From UHGV virus genome UHGV-2023338: DNA of 40,736 bases; one strand, written 5' to 3'. The DNA comes from a virus. The stretch's first letter is position 1; every line of letters begins with the position of its first letter. Position numbers and translations under genes: made by a program. Under the pieces are notes generated by a model. It ran no database searches, was not told the origin of the DNA, and saw only the letters and a program-made list of their open reading frames with translations. This document shows, in pieces, positions 19,689-27,362 of the stretch.

Positions 19689-20390
19689 TTATTTGCCATA
19701 GAGCACTTCGGCCGCACTACGCTGGCCTTCATTACCACCGGTGACCATGCCATCTTCAGACATCGCCTTTCCGATTTTCACGAACGTCTTGACCAGATCA
19801 GGGTGATTACCCAGCCCGGTGGTGTTCAGATATTCTTTGAGTTCAGGTGTCCCGAACTGGTCAAGCGCACGCTGTGCGGCGCTAAGGTTAGAAATCAACT
19901 TGTCGCCACCGATTTCTTTGTCAGCTTTTACATCCGCAGCCCACTGCTCGGTTGTTTTCTGCCAGGCTTCTGCCTGGCGCTGCTGAACACCTGCCAGAAT
20001 CTTCGGATAAGCATCAACCAGCTTTTGCGCTTGCTCGTTGGTCAGGTTAAGTTCTCGCGCCACCGGCTCGAATTCCTTCAACGCTTCTGTATCCAGCTCT
20101 ACGCCTTCGGCAGCCTGAAACTCGTACTTCTCCGGCGCACCCTCCGGTTTATCGTCGTCATTTTTTTCACCCTGCTTATCGCTTTCAGGCTTTTTGTCAT
20201 CAGCAGGTTTATCGCCATCAGCAACAGGTTGTGGCTTATCACCTTCCTGTTGTGATGGATCACCAACTGGAGCAGGGTTATCACCTGCAGGCGCTGACGG
20301 TTCTGACGCAGCCGGAGCTACTCCACCATCGACTGGTTGCTCATTGCAAAGACGGCGATACAGCAAACGCTCAAATAAACTCATGATCAC
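19689..20390 (-). CDS. Scaffolding protein (acidic)
   Basis: 233 aa, very acidic Pro/Asp/Glu-rich N-half and helical C-half; located between portal and capsid genes. Confidence 0.55.
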   Translation of the reverse strand: MIMSLFERLLYRRLCNEQPVDGGVAPAASEPSAPAGDNPAPVGDPSQQEGDKPQPVADGDKPADDKKPESDKQGEKNDDDKPEGAPEKYEFQAAEGVELDTEALKEFEPVARELNLTNEQAQKLVDAYPKILAGVQQRQAEAWQKTTEQWAADVKADKEIGGDKLISNLSAAQRALDQFGTPELKEYLNTTGLGNHPDLVKTFVKIGKAMSEDGMVTGGNEGQRSAAEVLYGK

Positions 20391-20683
20391 TCCTGTTCAC
20401 TGGCCTCTTTGGCCATCTTCAAATACTGTTCAGGGCAATGCGCCATAACGCGCTGAAACAGTTCCAGCGCCAGATTGCGTTGCCCCTCATTAAATGCCAT
20501 TGCCATAGCGTCCATCGGCGAGATAGCGGAAAACACACGGCCTTTCTCCAGTACCGACCAGACAACCCGACGCCCCTGTTCACAGCTCATGACAAAGCGA
20601 ATGTCATCAATTTCACGCTGTGCCATGTCACGTTGCTTACGGGCGTTTTCTTCTTTCAGTTGATCGTCTTCGTAATCTGTCAT
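20387..20683 (-). CDS. Hypothetical protein
   Basis: 98-aa ORF overlapping both neighbours by 4 nt. Confidence 0.45.
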   Translation of the reverse strand: MTDYEDDQLKEENARKQRDMAQREIDDIRFVMSCEQGRRVVWSVLEKGRVFSAISPMDAMAMAFNEGQRNLALELFQRVMAHCPEQYLKMAKEASEQE

Positions 20684-22359
20684 TGTGATTGCCCACCCTG
20701 ACCACTAACTGCATTCGCCATAGCTGACAAAACACTCGGATCCGAAGTTTTAGCTTCGCTTAGCGTCTTGGCCCCCTGTGCCGCCGCCATCCCCATCGCC
20801 ATCATTTGTTGCTGCTGTTGCTGCTGTGCCCGTTGCTGGCGAGCCTGCTCAACCTGTTCCTGCGGAACAATGACGGTTGGAGACACTCCGGACATATCAG
20901 CGAATGCATCGATCGCCTGATCAACGTTGAGTTTGTCGAGAGCTTCTGGTTTCGCTTGCGCAAGTTGACCAATGAAGTTAACCGTGGACGCCAGACTGGA
21001 CAGGCCGATAGACTTCTGCGCCTGAGCCATGACGGAAATGTATTCGACCTTCAGGGGCATGCCTTCCATCGCGTCAGGCGGTGGCGGCAGCATGTTTTTA
21101 CGCACCATCATCGAGAAAGCGCGATCAATGAGAGGATTAAGACATTCGTCGTTCAGACGCTCCAGAACCGGCCCCAACATCAGAAGTTTTTCTTCTTTCA
21201 TTTCGATCACCGCTTCAACAGGCATCGAGCGGGTATTGATGTTCTGCAACATCATGAACAGATCGACAAAGTAGGCGCTGTTAATGATTTGGCGAGTGTC
21301 CTGAATGTCTGCCACCAGATCTGCTGTACTGGGGTTAACCAGATAAGCAGGCCTGAAACCATCCTGACCAGTAATCTGATCGATATACGTGATGTCGCCA
21401 GGAAGAAGGGAGGCGCGCTGATTCTTGAGGGAAGTCGGAGCAACCATCGGCGGATTGGTGGCTTTATCAATCAACTGCGACTTGCGCTTCTGGAGAAGCT
21501 GCAATGCCTTAACAGGTCCAAGCGCCAGCATACCCGGGCATGATGATCCATAAACATCTTCGCCGTTAACTTCCCAGCGCGGAGCCATAATTGGAAACTC
21601 ATCGAATCCGGACTCACGCAACAACTTGTCGTTATCGCCACCAACCTCGTAATAAACCGATTTGAATGGCTTGTTCTTGCTATCCAGCTTCGATGTATCG
21701 CGGTCAATGTTCGGGTAAACCGAATGCATCACTTCGATCCACTTCTCGTAGGTGCCGCTTTCCCACATGCTTTTTACGGATTCGCTGACGTTATTTAGCC
21801 CGAACTCCTGAACAAGCTGACGAACAGTCATAGAGAACTTGCGAAAACAGGTGTCAACACTGCCACGAGGTGAGTTAGCCAGGTAGTAACTGCCTATCGG
21901 GAATGGCATTGTGCGAATGATGTCCTCATCATCCTCCAGTACCGCCATTGCACCGGTGCTGTATGTGCCGAGGCTTCCGTATAACTGCGGCAGCGACTGA
22001 TAGAGATTCGACTTATTGAACATATCGTTCATGCGGTTCTGCACCGCCTCAAGCCACAACTTAACAGGGCCATAATCCATCATTTCAGGATCTGGCGTAG
22101 CCAGGCGAAACCACGGACGCGCGGGGCTTGTGATGCCTGACATCATGCCGCTGGCGAGAGTGCGCGCCGCCATAGTCCCGGTCGAATCAATAATGCGTGT
22201 ATTGCGTCGATCGTTACGGTTGACCTCAGAAGTCAGAAAGCGGGAACCACGCGGGTTGATGTAATCACTCAACTCGCGCCAGTGCGGCTCGAACGACTGA
22301 CGCTCGCTTTCAAGTTGTGCGAACTGTTTGTTCAATCGCTCTTTAGTTGTTTCCGCCAT
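20680..22359 (-). CDS. Portal (head-to-tail connector) protein, T7 gp8-like
   Basis: 559 aa; C-terminal Gln/Met/Ala-rich tail (QQQQQQQMMAMGMAAAQGA) resembles T7 gp8 C-terminus; GGAG RBS; precedes scaffold and capsid genes. Confidence 0.8.
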   Translation of the reverse strand: MAETTKERLNKQFAQLESERQSFEPHWRELSDYINPRGSRFLTSEVNRNDRRNTRIIDSTGTMAARTLASGMMSGITSPARPWFRLATPDPEMMDYGPVKLWLEAVQNRMNDMFNKSNLYQSLPQLYGSLGTYSTGAMAVLEDDEDIIRTMPFPIGSYYLANSPRGSVDTCFRKFSMTVRQLVQEFGLNNVSESVKSMWESGTYEKWIEVMHSVYPNIDRDTSKLDSKNKPFKSVYYEVGGDNDKLLRESGFDEFPIMAPRWEVNGEDVYGSSCPGMLALGPVKALQLLQKRKSQLIDKATNPPMVAPTSLKNQRASLLPGDITYIDQITGQDGFRPAYLVNPSTADLVADIQDTRQIINSAYFVDLFMMLQNINTRSMPVEAVIEMKEEKLLMLGPVLERLNDECLNPLIDRAFSMMVRKNMLPPPPDAMEGMPLKVEYISVMAQAQKSIGLSSLASTVNFIGQLAQAKPEALDKLNVDQAIDAFADMSGVSPTVIVPQEQVEQARQQRAQQQQQQQMMAMGMAAAQGAKTLSEAKTSDPSVLSAMANAVSGQGGQSQ

Positions 22360-22373
22360 TTCAATGACTCCGG

Positions 22374-22580
22374 TTACTGACCAAGCAGCGTTTTACCGCT
22401 GGTATTAGCAGTTGATGTGTCGCCCTGAGAACCGGTAAGCAGCGTAGAACTACGACCAGCAGCAGCGCGACGGCGACGTGTTTCTTCGTCGCGGGCATCA
22501 ACAACGGCGGCATCCTGCTCCTGTGGTGCTGCCTGAACTTCTGGTGTTGCAGGCACTGATGGTGAGCTACCCATGCACAT
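22374..22580 (-). CDS. Small hypothetical protein upstream of portal
   Basis: 68-aa ORF with GGAG RBS; competing overlapping ORF in another frame makes call uncertain. Confidence 0.3.
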   Translation of the reverse strand: MCMGSSPSVPATPEVQAAPQEQDAAVVDARDEETRRRRAAAGRSSTLLTGSQGDTSTANTSGKTLLGQ

Positions 22581-22670
22581 ATCAATGACTCCGTACGCAA
22601 TTAAATTATTACCAATTTAACCATATATGATTTATTTATCGTAGGTAGTTGACATTTAACGCACAAATTA

Positions 22671-22685
22671 TTACCTTTAAGGTAA
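22671..22685. promoter_or_regulatory. Operator-like palindrome TTACCTTTAAGGTAA
   Basis: Perfect TTACC-N5-GGTAA; TTGACA hexamer at 22649-22654 lies 17 bp upstream. Confidence 0.5.
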
Positions 22686-23008
22686 GCAAAGGGTTCATTC
22701 CGGTTATTAACCTGACTGGCTTGTCGTTAAATTGAACAGGTGGAGTGAGCTTTTATTTTGAGCAGTACGGCGTATGGCACATGCGCCGATAGCGGTATGG
22801 ATACGTTTAAGGGGCACCCTCCCTTGCTCGGGCAAACGAACCAGGTAGCCGGAATGTGCAAGTCGAGCGGTTTTATTCCGCGCACGGGGATTCACCATCC
22901 CGGCGATTCGGTGTGACGCCTCGGAAGAGACGAGGGTACAACGATGAGAGCATTTATGGAGCTGCGACAAAGTGTGGCGCACTTAACAGGCTAAGTGCTC
23001 TCAGCGTT

Positions 23009-23085
23009 GTGGCATTAGCTCAGTTGGACAGAGCAACCGCCTTCTAAGCGGTTGGTCGCAGGTTCGAATCCTGCATGCCACGCCA
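23009..23085 (+). tRNA. tRNA-Arg (anticodon UCU), phage-encoded
   Basis: Cloverleaf folded by hand: acceptor GTGGCAT/ATGCCAC, D-arm GCTC/GAGC, anticodon stem ACCGC/GCGGT with loop CUUCUAA, T-arm GCAGG-TTCGAAT-CCTGC, encoded CCA. Confidence 0.9.
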
Positions 23086-23128
23086 GAATCACGCCTAAGG
23101 ACCGTGATGCCAGAAGTTCCAGGGGCTT

Positions 23129-23170
23129 GGCGGTGATGGTTTCCCTTGAAGGACTATCACCGCCCTTTTT
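23129..23170 (+). terminator. Candidate terminator downstream of tRNA
   Basis: GGCGGTGAT...ATCACCGCC inverted repeat with long loop, followed by CTTTTT. Confidence 0.4.
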
Positions 23171-23200
23171 ACAGCAGGACGCCATTGCGATGACTTCATG

Positions 23201-23216
23201 CTGTAAACCAGTACAG
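23201..23216. promoter_or_regulatory. LexA-box-like motif CTGTAAACCAGTACAG (weaker)
   Basis: CTGT-N8-ACAG spacing correct but spacer not AT-rich; 68 bp upstream of gene at 23284. Confidence 0.3.
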
Positions 23217-23248
23217 CCACGGAAGGCATAACTCATTGCTTCCAGTTT

Positions 23249-23272
23249 GCCCGGTTCGCCGGGCATTTTTTT
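23249..23272 (+). terminator. Intrinsic terminator/attenuator 12 bp upstream of start codon
   Basis: GCCCGG-TTCG-CCGGGC followed by ATTTTTTT; lies between LexA-like box and RBS of gene at 23284. Confidence 0.55.
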
Positions 23273-23283
23273 AAGGTGAGATT

Positions 23284-23661
23284 ATGAACGACCAGCAAAT
23301 CGAAAAAGAAATCATTGAGAAAGGCAAAACGGCACCGCGAATCACCCCGCAGCACATCGAAGACGTGATTATTAGTGAGCACTATTTCACGGCTGCAGAA
23401 GGGGTTCATGGCGCTAATGAGCTTTTAAAACCGCATGAAAGCCCAATTGACTATTACCAGGAAGCGCACCCTGCTGAGTCACTTCTGACCTTCTGCGTTC
23501 TGGTGCTGCGCAACGGATTTACTGTAACCGGAGAAAGCGCCTGTGCAAGCCATGAAAACTTTGATGCAGAAATTGGTCGGAAGATTGCCCGGCAGAATGC
23601 TGTAAACAAAATCTGGATGCTCGAAGGTTACTTGCTGAAGCAGAAGCTAAGCGAGCAATAA
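23284..23661 (+). CDS. Phage N4 Gp49 / Sf6 gp66-family protein (function unknown)
   Basis: 125 aa; C-terminal pattern VLRNGFTVTGESACASHENFDAEIGRKIA...KIWMLEGYLL matches my recollection of this family; AGGTGAG RBS. Confidence 0.5.
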   Translation: MNDQQIEKEIIEKGKTAPRITPQHIEDVIISEHYFTAAEGVHGANELLKPHESPIDYYQEAHPAESLLTFCVLVLRNGFTVTGESACASHENFDAEIGRKIARQNAVNKIWMLEGYLLKQKLSEQ

Positions 23662-23664
23662 CAC

Positions 23665-23678
23665 CGTGACATGTCACA
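23665..23678. repeat. Palindrome CGTGACATGTCACA (copy 2 of 3)
   Basis: Directly read; 4 nt after stop of gene 23284-23661; followed by hairpin and TTTGTTTT. Confidence 0.8.
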
Positions 23679-23820
23679 AACAGCCGGCCGATGAGCTGGC
23701 TTTGTTTTATCCTCATCAGAGGATATCAACGACATTATCCCCTCATAGGGATACGTTTTTCATAATGACCGAAGATTACCTTAAAGGTAGAATCAGAAAA
23801 AAACCTAAAAGGGCCTGGAC

Positions 23821-24561
23821 ATGCTTGAATCACTTAAAGAATACCTATCTTCAACCGTTAATACCGCTGCGCAAAGGGTCAGAAATCCAGTGTTTGGAGC
23901 GTTCGCACTGTCATGGTGCGCCTTTAACTGGAAGTCGATTTTATACTTACTCCTCAGCGACTCCAGCATCATCGACAAGATCACCTACATTTCCAGCAAT
24001 AGCAGTTGGAAAACGGTATTAGCATTCCCATGTGTTTCAGCAATAATCCTGTGCGGCGGCATGCCCTGGATCAACAACGTGATTTCAAAGTGGCAAGCCA
24101 AACCTCTTGATAATTACGATTCGATAGAGAACCACCGGAAGGCCAAGCGCATTCATCGCGCCACACGCCTGCAGCGCCTGAAGGCAAAGCACGATGTGAC
24201 ATACGACAAAGTTAAGACTGGCGCCGAAAAGGACATACAGGCTATGAAGGAAAGAATTACGGAGTCACAGGCCAGGATGGGTGAGCTAACGTCGGAAAGA
24301 GATAGGCTCTCCGATAAGGTTTTGGAATTGAATAAGAAGCTGGAAAACATGCAATCAGTGGCTGCAGCGTTAAAGATTGAGGCAGAAAAGTCCGCCAGAA
24401 TGCTTGAAGATAGGGAGGCCAAAATAAATAATCTCATACAAGAATTAAAGGAAAAAGAAAAGGAAAGTATCGTATTGCATATGGGCCATGAACCCTTGCG
24501 AAAAACATATACATCACAGGCTGAGAGAATGATTGCTGAAGCCGTGAAAAATAAGCAATAA
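23821..24561 (+). CDS. AT-rich membrane protein with two TM helices and long cytoplasmic coiled coil (candidate superinfection-exclusion/abortive-infection protein)
   Basis: 246 aa; hydrophobic N-terminal segments then K/E-rich heptad-like region; noticeably AT-rich codon usage; converges on terL. Confidence 0.5.
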   Translation: MLESLKEYLSSTVNTAAQRVRNPVFGAFALSWCAFNWKSILYLLLSDSSIIDKITYISSNSSWKTVLAFPCVSAIILCGGMPWINNVISKWQAKPLDNYDSIENHRKAKRIHRATRLQRLKAKHDVTYDKVKTGAEKDIQAMKERITESQARMGELTSERDRLSDKVLELNKKLENMQSVAAALKIEAEKSARMLEDREAKINNLIQELKEKEKESIVLHMGHEPLRKTYTSQAERMIAEAVKNKQ

Positions 24562-24562
24562 A

Positions 24563-26038
24563 TCACGCAAACGGGTCGTAATCTGTGATGGCCTTGCCTT
24601 GCTGGTTCTGCTGACCGGGAATTCGCAGGCGCTTCGACACAGGGAAAGCAAACGTCAGCAATAGCGCATCGCCTTTCCCCGGCGAACGCCCAAGTCGTTC
24701 TTTGATATCTTCCTTCGGTTCGATAACGATTTTACCGTCCACGCGAACTTTGTACTCTGCCGTCGACAGGTCGTCCGCTGTTTCCTGGTCATCCAGCATA
24801 CCGCCCAGCCTCAGCCATGTCTTACATGAGTTGAACATCTCCCCACGCTTGTTGAGCATCTGCGGGTCAGTAGACGCGCCACCGAACGGAACAAGTTGCC
24901 ATGTCCTGCCCCAGCCGTCACCGATGGACTTCAGCCCGGTGCCGTAACCGAAGTCGATGAACACCGCGTCAGCCTGGTACTGGTCTTCAAAGTCGGCGAT
25001 TCGCTTAGCCATAATCAAATCGTCGGTGGTCTTGTTGCCGGTCCAGAGCACTTTGCTGTGCAGCCCCTGCCGCAGGTATATCACCGCGTCATCAACTCCG
25101 GAATACGCCGGGTCGACGCCGATAATCACAGGAGCGTGAGCAACCTGCCCGGCGGTAACCACCCGCTTCATGGCCTCGTCTGTAAGGCCTGTTGGGATAA
25201 ACTGGAGTTCTGACGCGTCAGGGAAGATCCCCCGCACGCGGACCTTCACGAAGTCGCTGTCTTCCCCGTAGTCATCAACCCATTTCTGCAACTGCTGTTT
25301 GTTAGTGCCTTCCACCGTCCGGCTGTCAATCTGCGCAGTTTTCCAGCGGTGTTTATATTTGCGGAAACATTCGCGGAAACGCCCGGTATTACGCGTCGGG
25401 TTCCCGAACGCCACCCAGATGATTTCGGTGTCTTCGTCCGTAAGCGCACCCTCAGCAACTTCCCACACCAGATCCGCAATGTTCGACGCTTCATCGAATA
25501 CCACGATGATGCGTTTGCGCTCGTTGTGTAGTCCGGCGAATGCCTCAGTGTTGTGCTCAGACCAGGGTATTGCGTCAGCCCGCCACCGCTTGTCGTGCCC
25601 AGGATCATTGCTGTACATCGCGGTAGCGGTACAGGTAAACCAGTCTTTCGTGATGGCAAGGTTCGACCACTTGATAATTTCCGGCCAGGTCTTCGTTCGT
25701 AGCTGGTTGTCGGTGTTGGCGGTCACCACGACCTTACAATCCTCGCAAGTGGACATGCCCCAGTTGATCAGCATTGAGATGAATGCGGATTTACCAATAC
25801 CGTGACCAGAAGCGCGTGCCAGCATAAGCGGCTGATAGCGCGTCTCTGGATTCTGCAGGTGATCACGTATCTCTCGGAACGCATCGGCCTGCCACTGACG
25901 TGGACCGGTGGCATGTGCCAGTTCAGTACCCTCTTCCCCCCACGGGAACGCATAGAGGGCATAGCCAAGCGGATCGTGAGTGAACCCTGCAATATCCTCG
26001 ATCAACTGCTCTTCAGGAGATAACGCTGTATCTGTCAC
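24563..26038 (-). CDS. terL: Terminase large subunit
   Basis: 491 aa; Walker A-like ASGHGIGKS and Walker B-like IIVVFDEA; overlaps small subunit by 4 nt. Confidence 0.9.
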   Translation of the reverse strand: MTDTALSPEEQLIEDIAGFTHDPLGYALYAFPWGEEGTELAHATGPRQWQADAFREIRDHLQNPETRYQPLMLARASGHGIGKSAFISMLINWGMSTCEDCKVVVTANTDNQLRTKTWPEIIKWSNLAITKDWFTCTATAMYSNDPGHDKRWRADAIPWSEHNTEAFAGLHNERKRIIVVFDEASNIADLVWEVAEGALTDEDTEIIWVAFGNPTRNTGRFRECFRKYKHRWKTAQIDSRTVEGTNKQQLQKWVDDYGEDSDFVKVRVRGIFPDASELQFIPTGLTDEAMKRVVTAGQVAHAPVIIGVDPAYSGVDDAVIYLRQGLHSKVLWTGNKTTDDLIMAKRIADFEDQYQADAVFIDFGYGTGLKSIGDGWGRTWQLVPFGGASTDPQMLNKRGEMFNSCKTWLRLGGMLDDQETADDLSTAEYKVRVDGKIVIEPKEDIKERLGRSPGKGDALLLTFAFPVSKRLRIPGQQNQQGKAITDYDPFA

Positions 26039-26631
26039 TGATTACCATCCTGACGTTCTTTGAGTCGCTTCCTGGCTGCTGCTATGCGATCAGCAATTGT
26101 CACATTCACATTAACATCCAGGCGTTCTTTGAATGCGTTGACGTCGACGTGCTTACCAATCAGTTCTAGGTTCTTCACCTTGTCAGGCCATTTAATTTTT
26201 TTGAGGATTGTCTCTATCGAGTCCTCGTTCATGTTCATGATGGTCGATGACAGATCAAAGCCGCTAAGCGTAGTGCGCCATATTTTCGGCCACTCGCGGA
26301 TTGGCTTAAGACTCCCATCGTCGTTGAGGATATCAATCACGTCCATCTGGTCGATCTCCACCAGGCGCATGAGAACGTAATCAGCACTGACGCGCATTCG
26401 TTTGTTGCGCTCCTCCATCAACTCGGCAATCCGTTTTTTAATGCGTTCATCACGCATCATGACACTGGCTTTAACTGCCGCTGTATTTGGGGAGAATCCT
26501 GCGTTAATCGCTGCCTGAGTCTGGTTTTCAGGCGTTTTGATGTATGACTGGCAATAAGCCTCCTGCATTGCTGTTAGTGGCTTAAATTGCGTTGATTTGC
26601 GTTTATAGGTTTTAGGTTCAGCAGACATCAT
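26035..26631 (-). CDS. terS: Terminase small subunit
   Basis: Start trimmed to Met downstream of hairpin terminator (track ORF N-terminal extension is Thr/Val/Ile junk); HTH-like FSPNTAA region; directly upstream of terL. Confidence 0.7.
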   Translation of the reverse strand: MMSAEPKTYKRKSTQFKPLTAMQEAYCQSYIKTPENQTQAAINAGFSPNTAAVKASVMMRDERIKKRIAELMEERNKRMRVSADYVLMRLVEIDQMDVIDILNDDGSLKPIREWPKIWRTTLSGFDLSSTIMNMNEDSIETILKKIKWPDKVKNLELIGKHVDVNAFKERLDVNVNVTIADRIAAARKRLKERQDGNQ

Positions 26632-26638
26632 AACCACC

Positions 26639-26667
26639 GTGGTAATAGTTACCGTTGTGGTAATAGT
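26639..26667. repeat. Direct repeat GTGGTAATAGT x2 (18-bp period) containing operator-like TTACCGTTGTGGTAA (26649-26663)
   Basis: Directly read; lies across terS start region, between late-region terminator and terS coding sequence. Confidence 0.6.
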
Positions 26668-26673
26668 ACCATG

Positions 26674-26700
26674 CAAAATAAAGCCGCCATAGTTGGCGGC
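26674..26700 (-). terminator. Intrinsic terminator upstream of terS (minus strand), tR-prime-like
   Basis: GCCGCCA-tagt-TGGCGGC hairpin followed on minus strand by TTTATTTTG. Confidence 0.5.
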
Positions 26701-26740
26701 AGTATTCAAAACCCATCAAATTCATCATGCATAATCTAAT

Positions 26741-26754
26741 CGTGACATGTCACA
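26741..26754. repeat. Palindrome CGTGACATGTCACA (copy 3 of 3)
   Basis: Directly read; overlaps stop codon of gene 26750-27091. Confidence 0.8.
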
Positions 26755-27091
26755 CTATTAATTTCGTTTCATGCCAGCCTTTAGTCACCCAGCATTGCAA
26801 GTCACCATTACACGGACATGAATTAACTGGAACTCTCTCGCCGCACTTACCGCAACATTTTCTGCTGATCGATTTTATACGCCCGCGCACGCGTGCATCA
26901 TCCTGGCGGATCAGTAACGCTATATACTCACCAAATTCGTAAGGCGCACGCCCGGGGCGACGCGTGGCACAGTTACGCTCCAGCATTTCAATTTCCTGAG
27001 CATCAAGCACAATTTCCAGCTTACGCACACCAGATGCAGCTTGTCTGGCTCTCTGAGCGGCTTTGCGCTCTGCTGCTGATTTAGCCATCAA
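26750..27091 (-). CDS. Putative DNA-binding protein with C-terminal Cys-rich zinc ribbon; candidate late-gene regulator
   Basis: 113 aa; basic N-terminus, C-terminal CCGKCG...CPCNG...C cluster; occupies the Q-like position immediately upstream of late terminator and terS. Confidence 0.4.
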   Translation of the reverse strand: MMAKSAAERKAAQRARQAASGVRKLEIVLDAQEIEMLERNCATRRPGRAPYEFGEYIALLIRQDDARVRGRIKSISRKCCGKCGERVPVNSCPCNGDLQCWVTKGWHETKLIV

Positions 27092-27362
27092 TATTTACCT
27101 TTATCGCGTACACCTTTACCGGTTTATCGCCGAAGTGCGGATGTGTGATTGTCTTGATTTCATATCCGTCATACGGGACGTCTATTCTGCGGCTGGAATC
27201 GTCGCGCTTCGGATATCCCTTTGTGATAATCAGGCGGTCATACTCCCGGAACATAATTCGCTTATTCCAGTAGTCATTACACAGGCGATACTCTTCCGTT
27301 TTCTCGCCTGACTTCATCTGGTCGAAATATTCACCGTTAACTGCCAGTTGAAGGTTAGCCAC
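27081..27362 (-). CDS. ASCH/DUF3850-like (PUA-fold) domain protein
   Basis: 93 aa; pattern GEYFDQMKSGEKTEEYR...ITKGY...VKVYAIKV resembles ASCH-type small proteins. Confidence 0.5.
   Translation of the reverse strand: MANLQLAVNGEYFDQMKSGEKTEEYRLCNDYWNKRIMFREYDRLIITKGYPKRDDSSRRIDVPYDGYEIKTITHPHFGDKPVKVYAIKVNIDG

Noticed and set aside
22700-23008. Possible second or degenerate tRNA or small RNA in the 300-bp non-coding stretch upstream of tRNA-Arg
   Set aside because: Could not fold a complete cloverleaf by hand; only short hairpins (e.g. GGGA-TTCACCA-TCCC) with no matching acceptor stem; would need a tRNA/ncRNA search tool
23009-23085. Shiga-toxin or other toxin cargo downstream of the phage tRNA, as in Stx phages
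   Set aside because: Downstream ORFs are a Gp49/66-family protein and a membrane coiled-coil protein; nothing resembling AB5 toxin subunits was seen
26632-26709. N-terminal 26-aa extension of terS in track ORF
   Set aside because: Extension encodes Thr/Val/Ile-rich junk and contains the upstream hairpin terminator; internal Met start is more plausible
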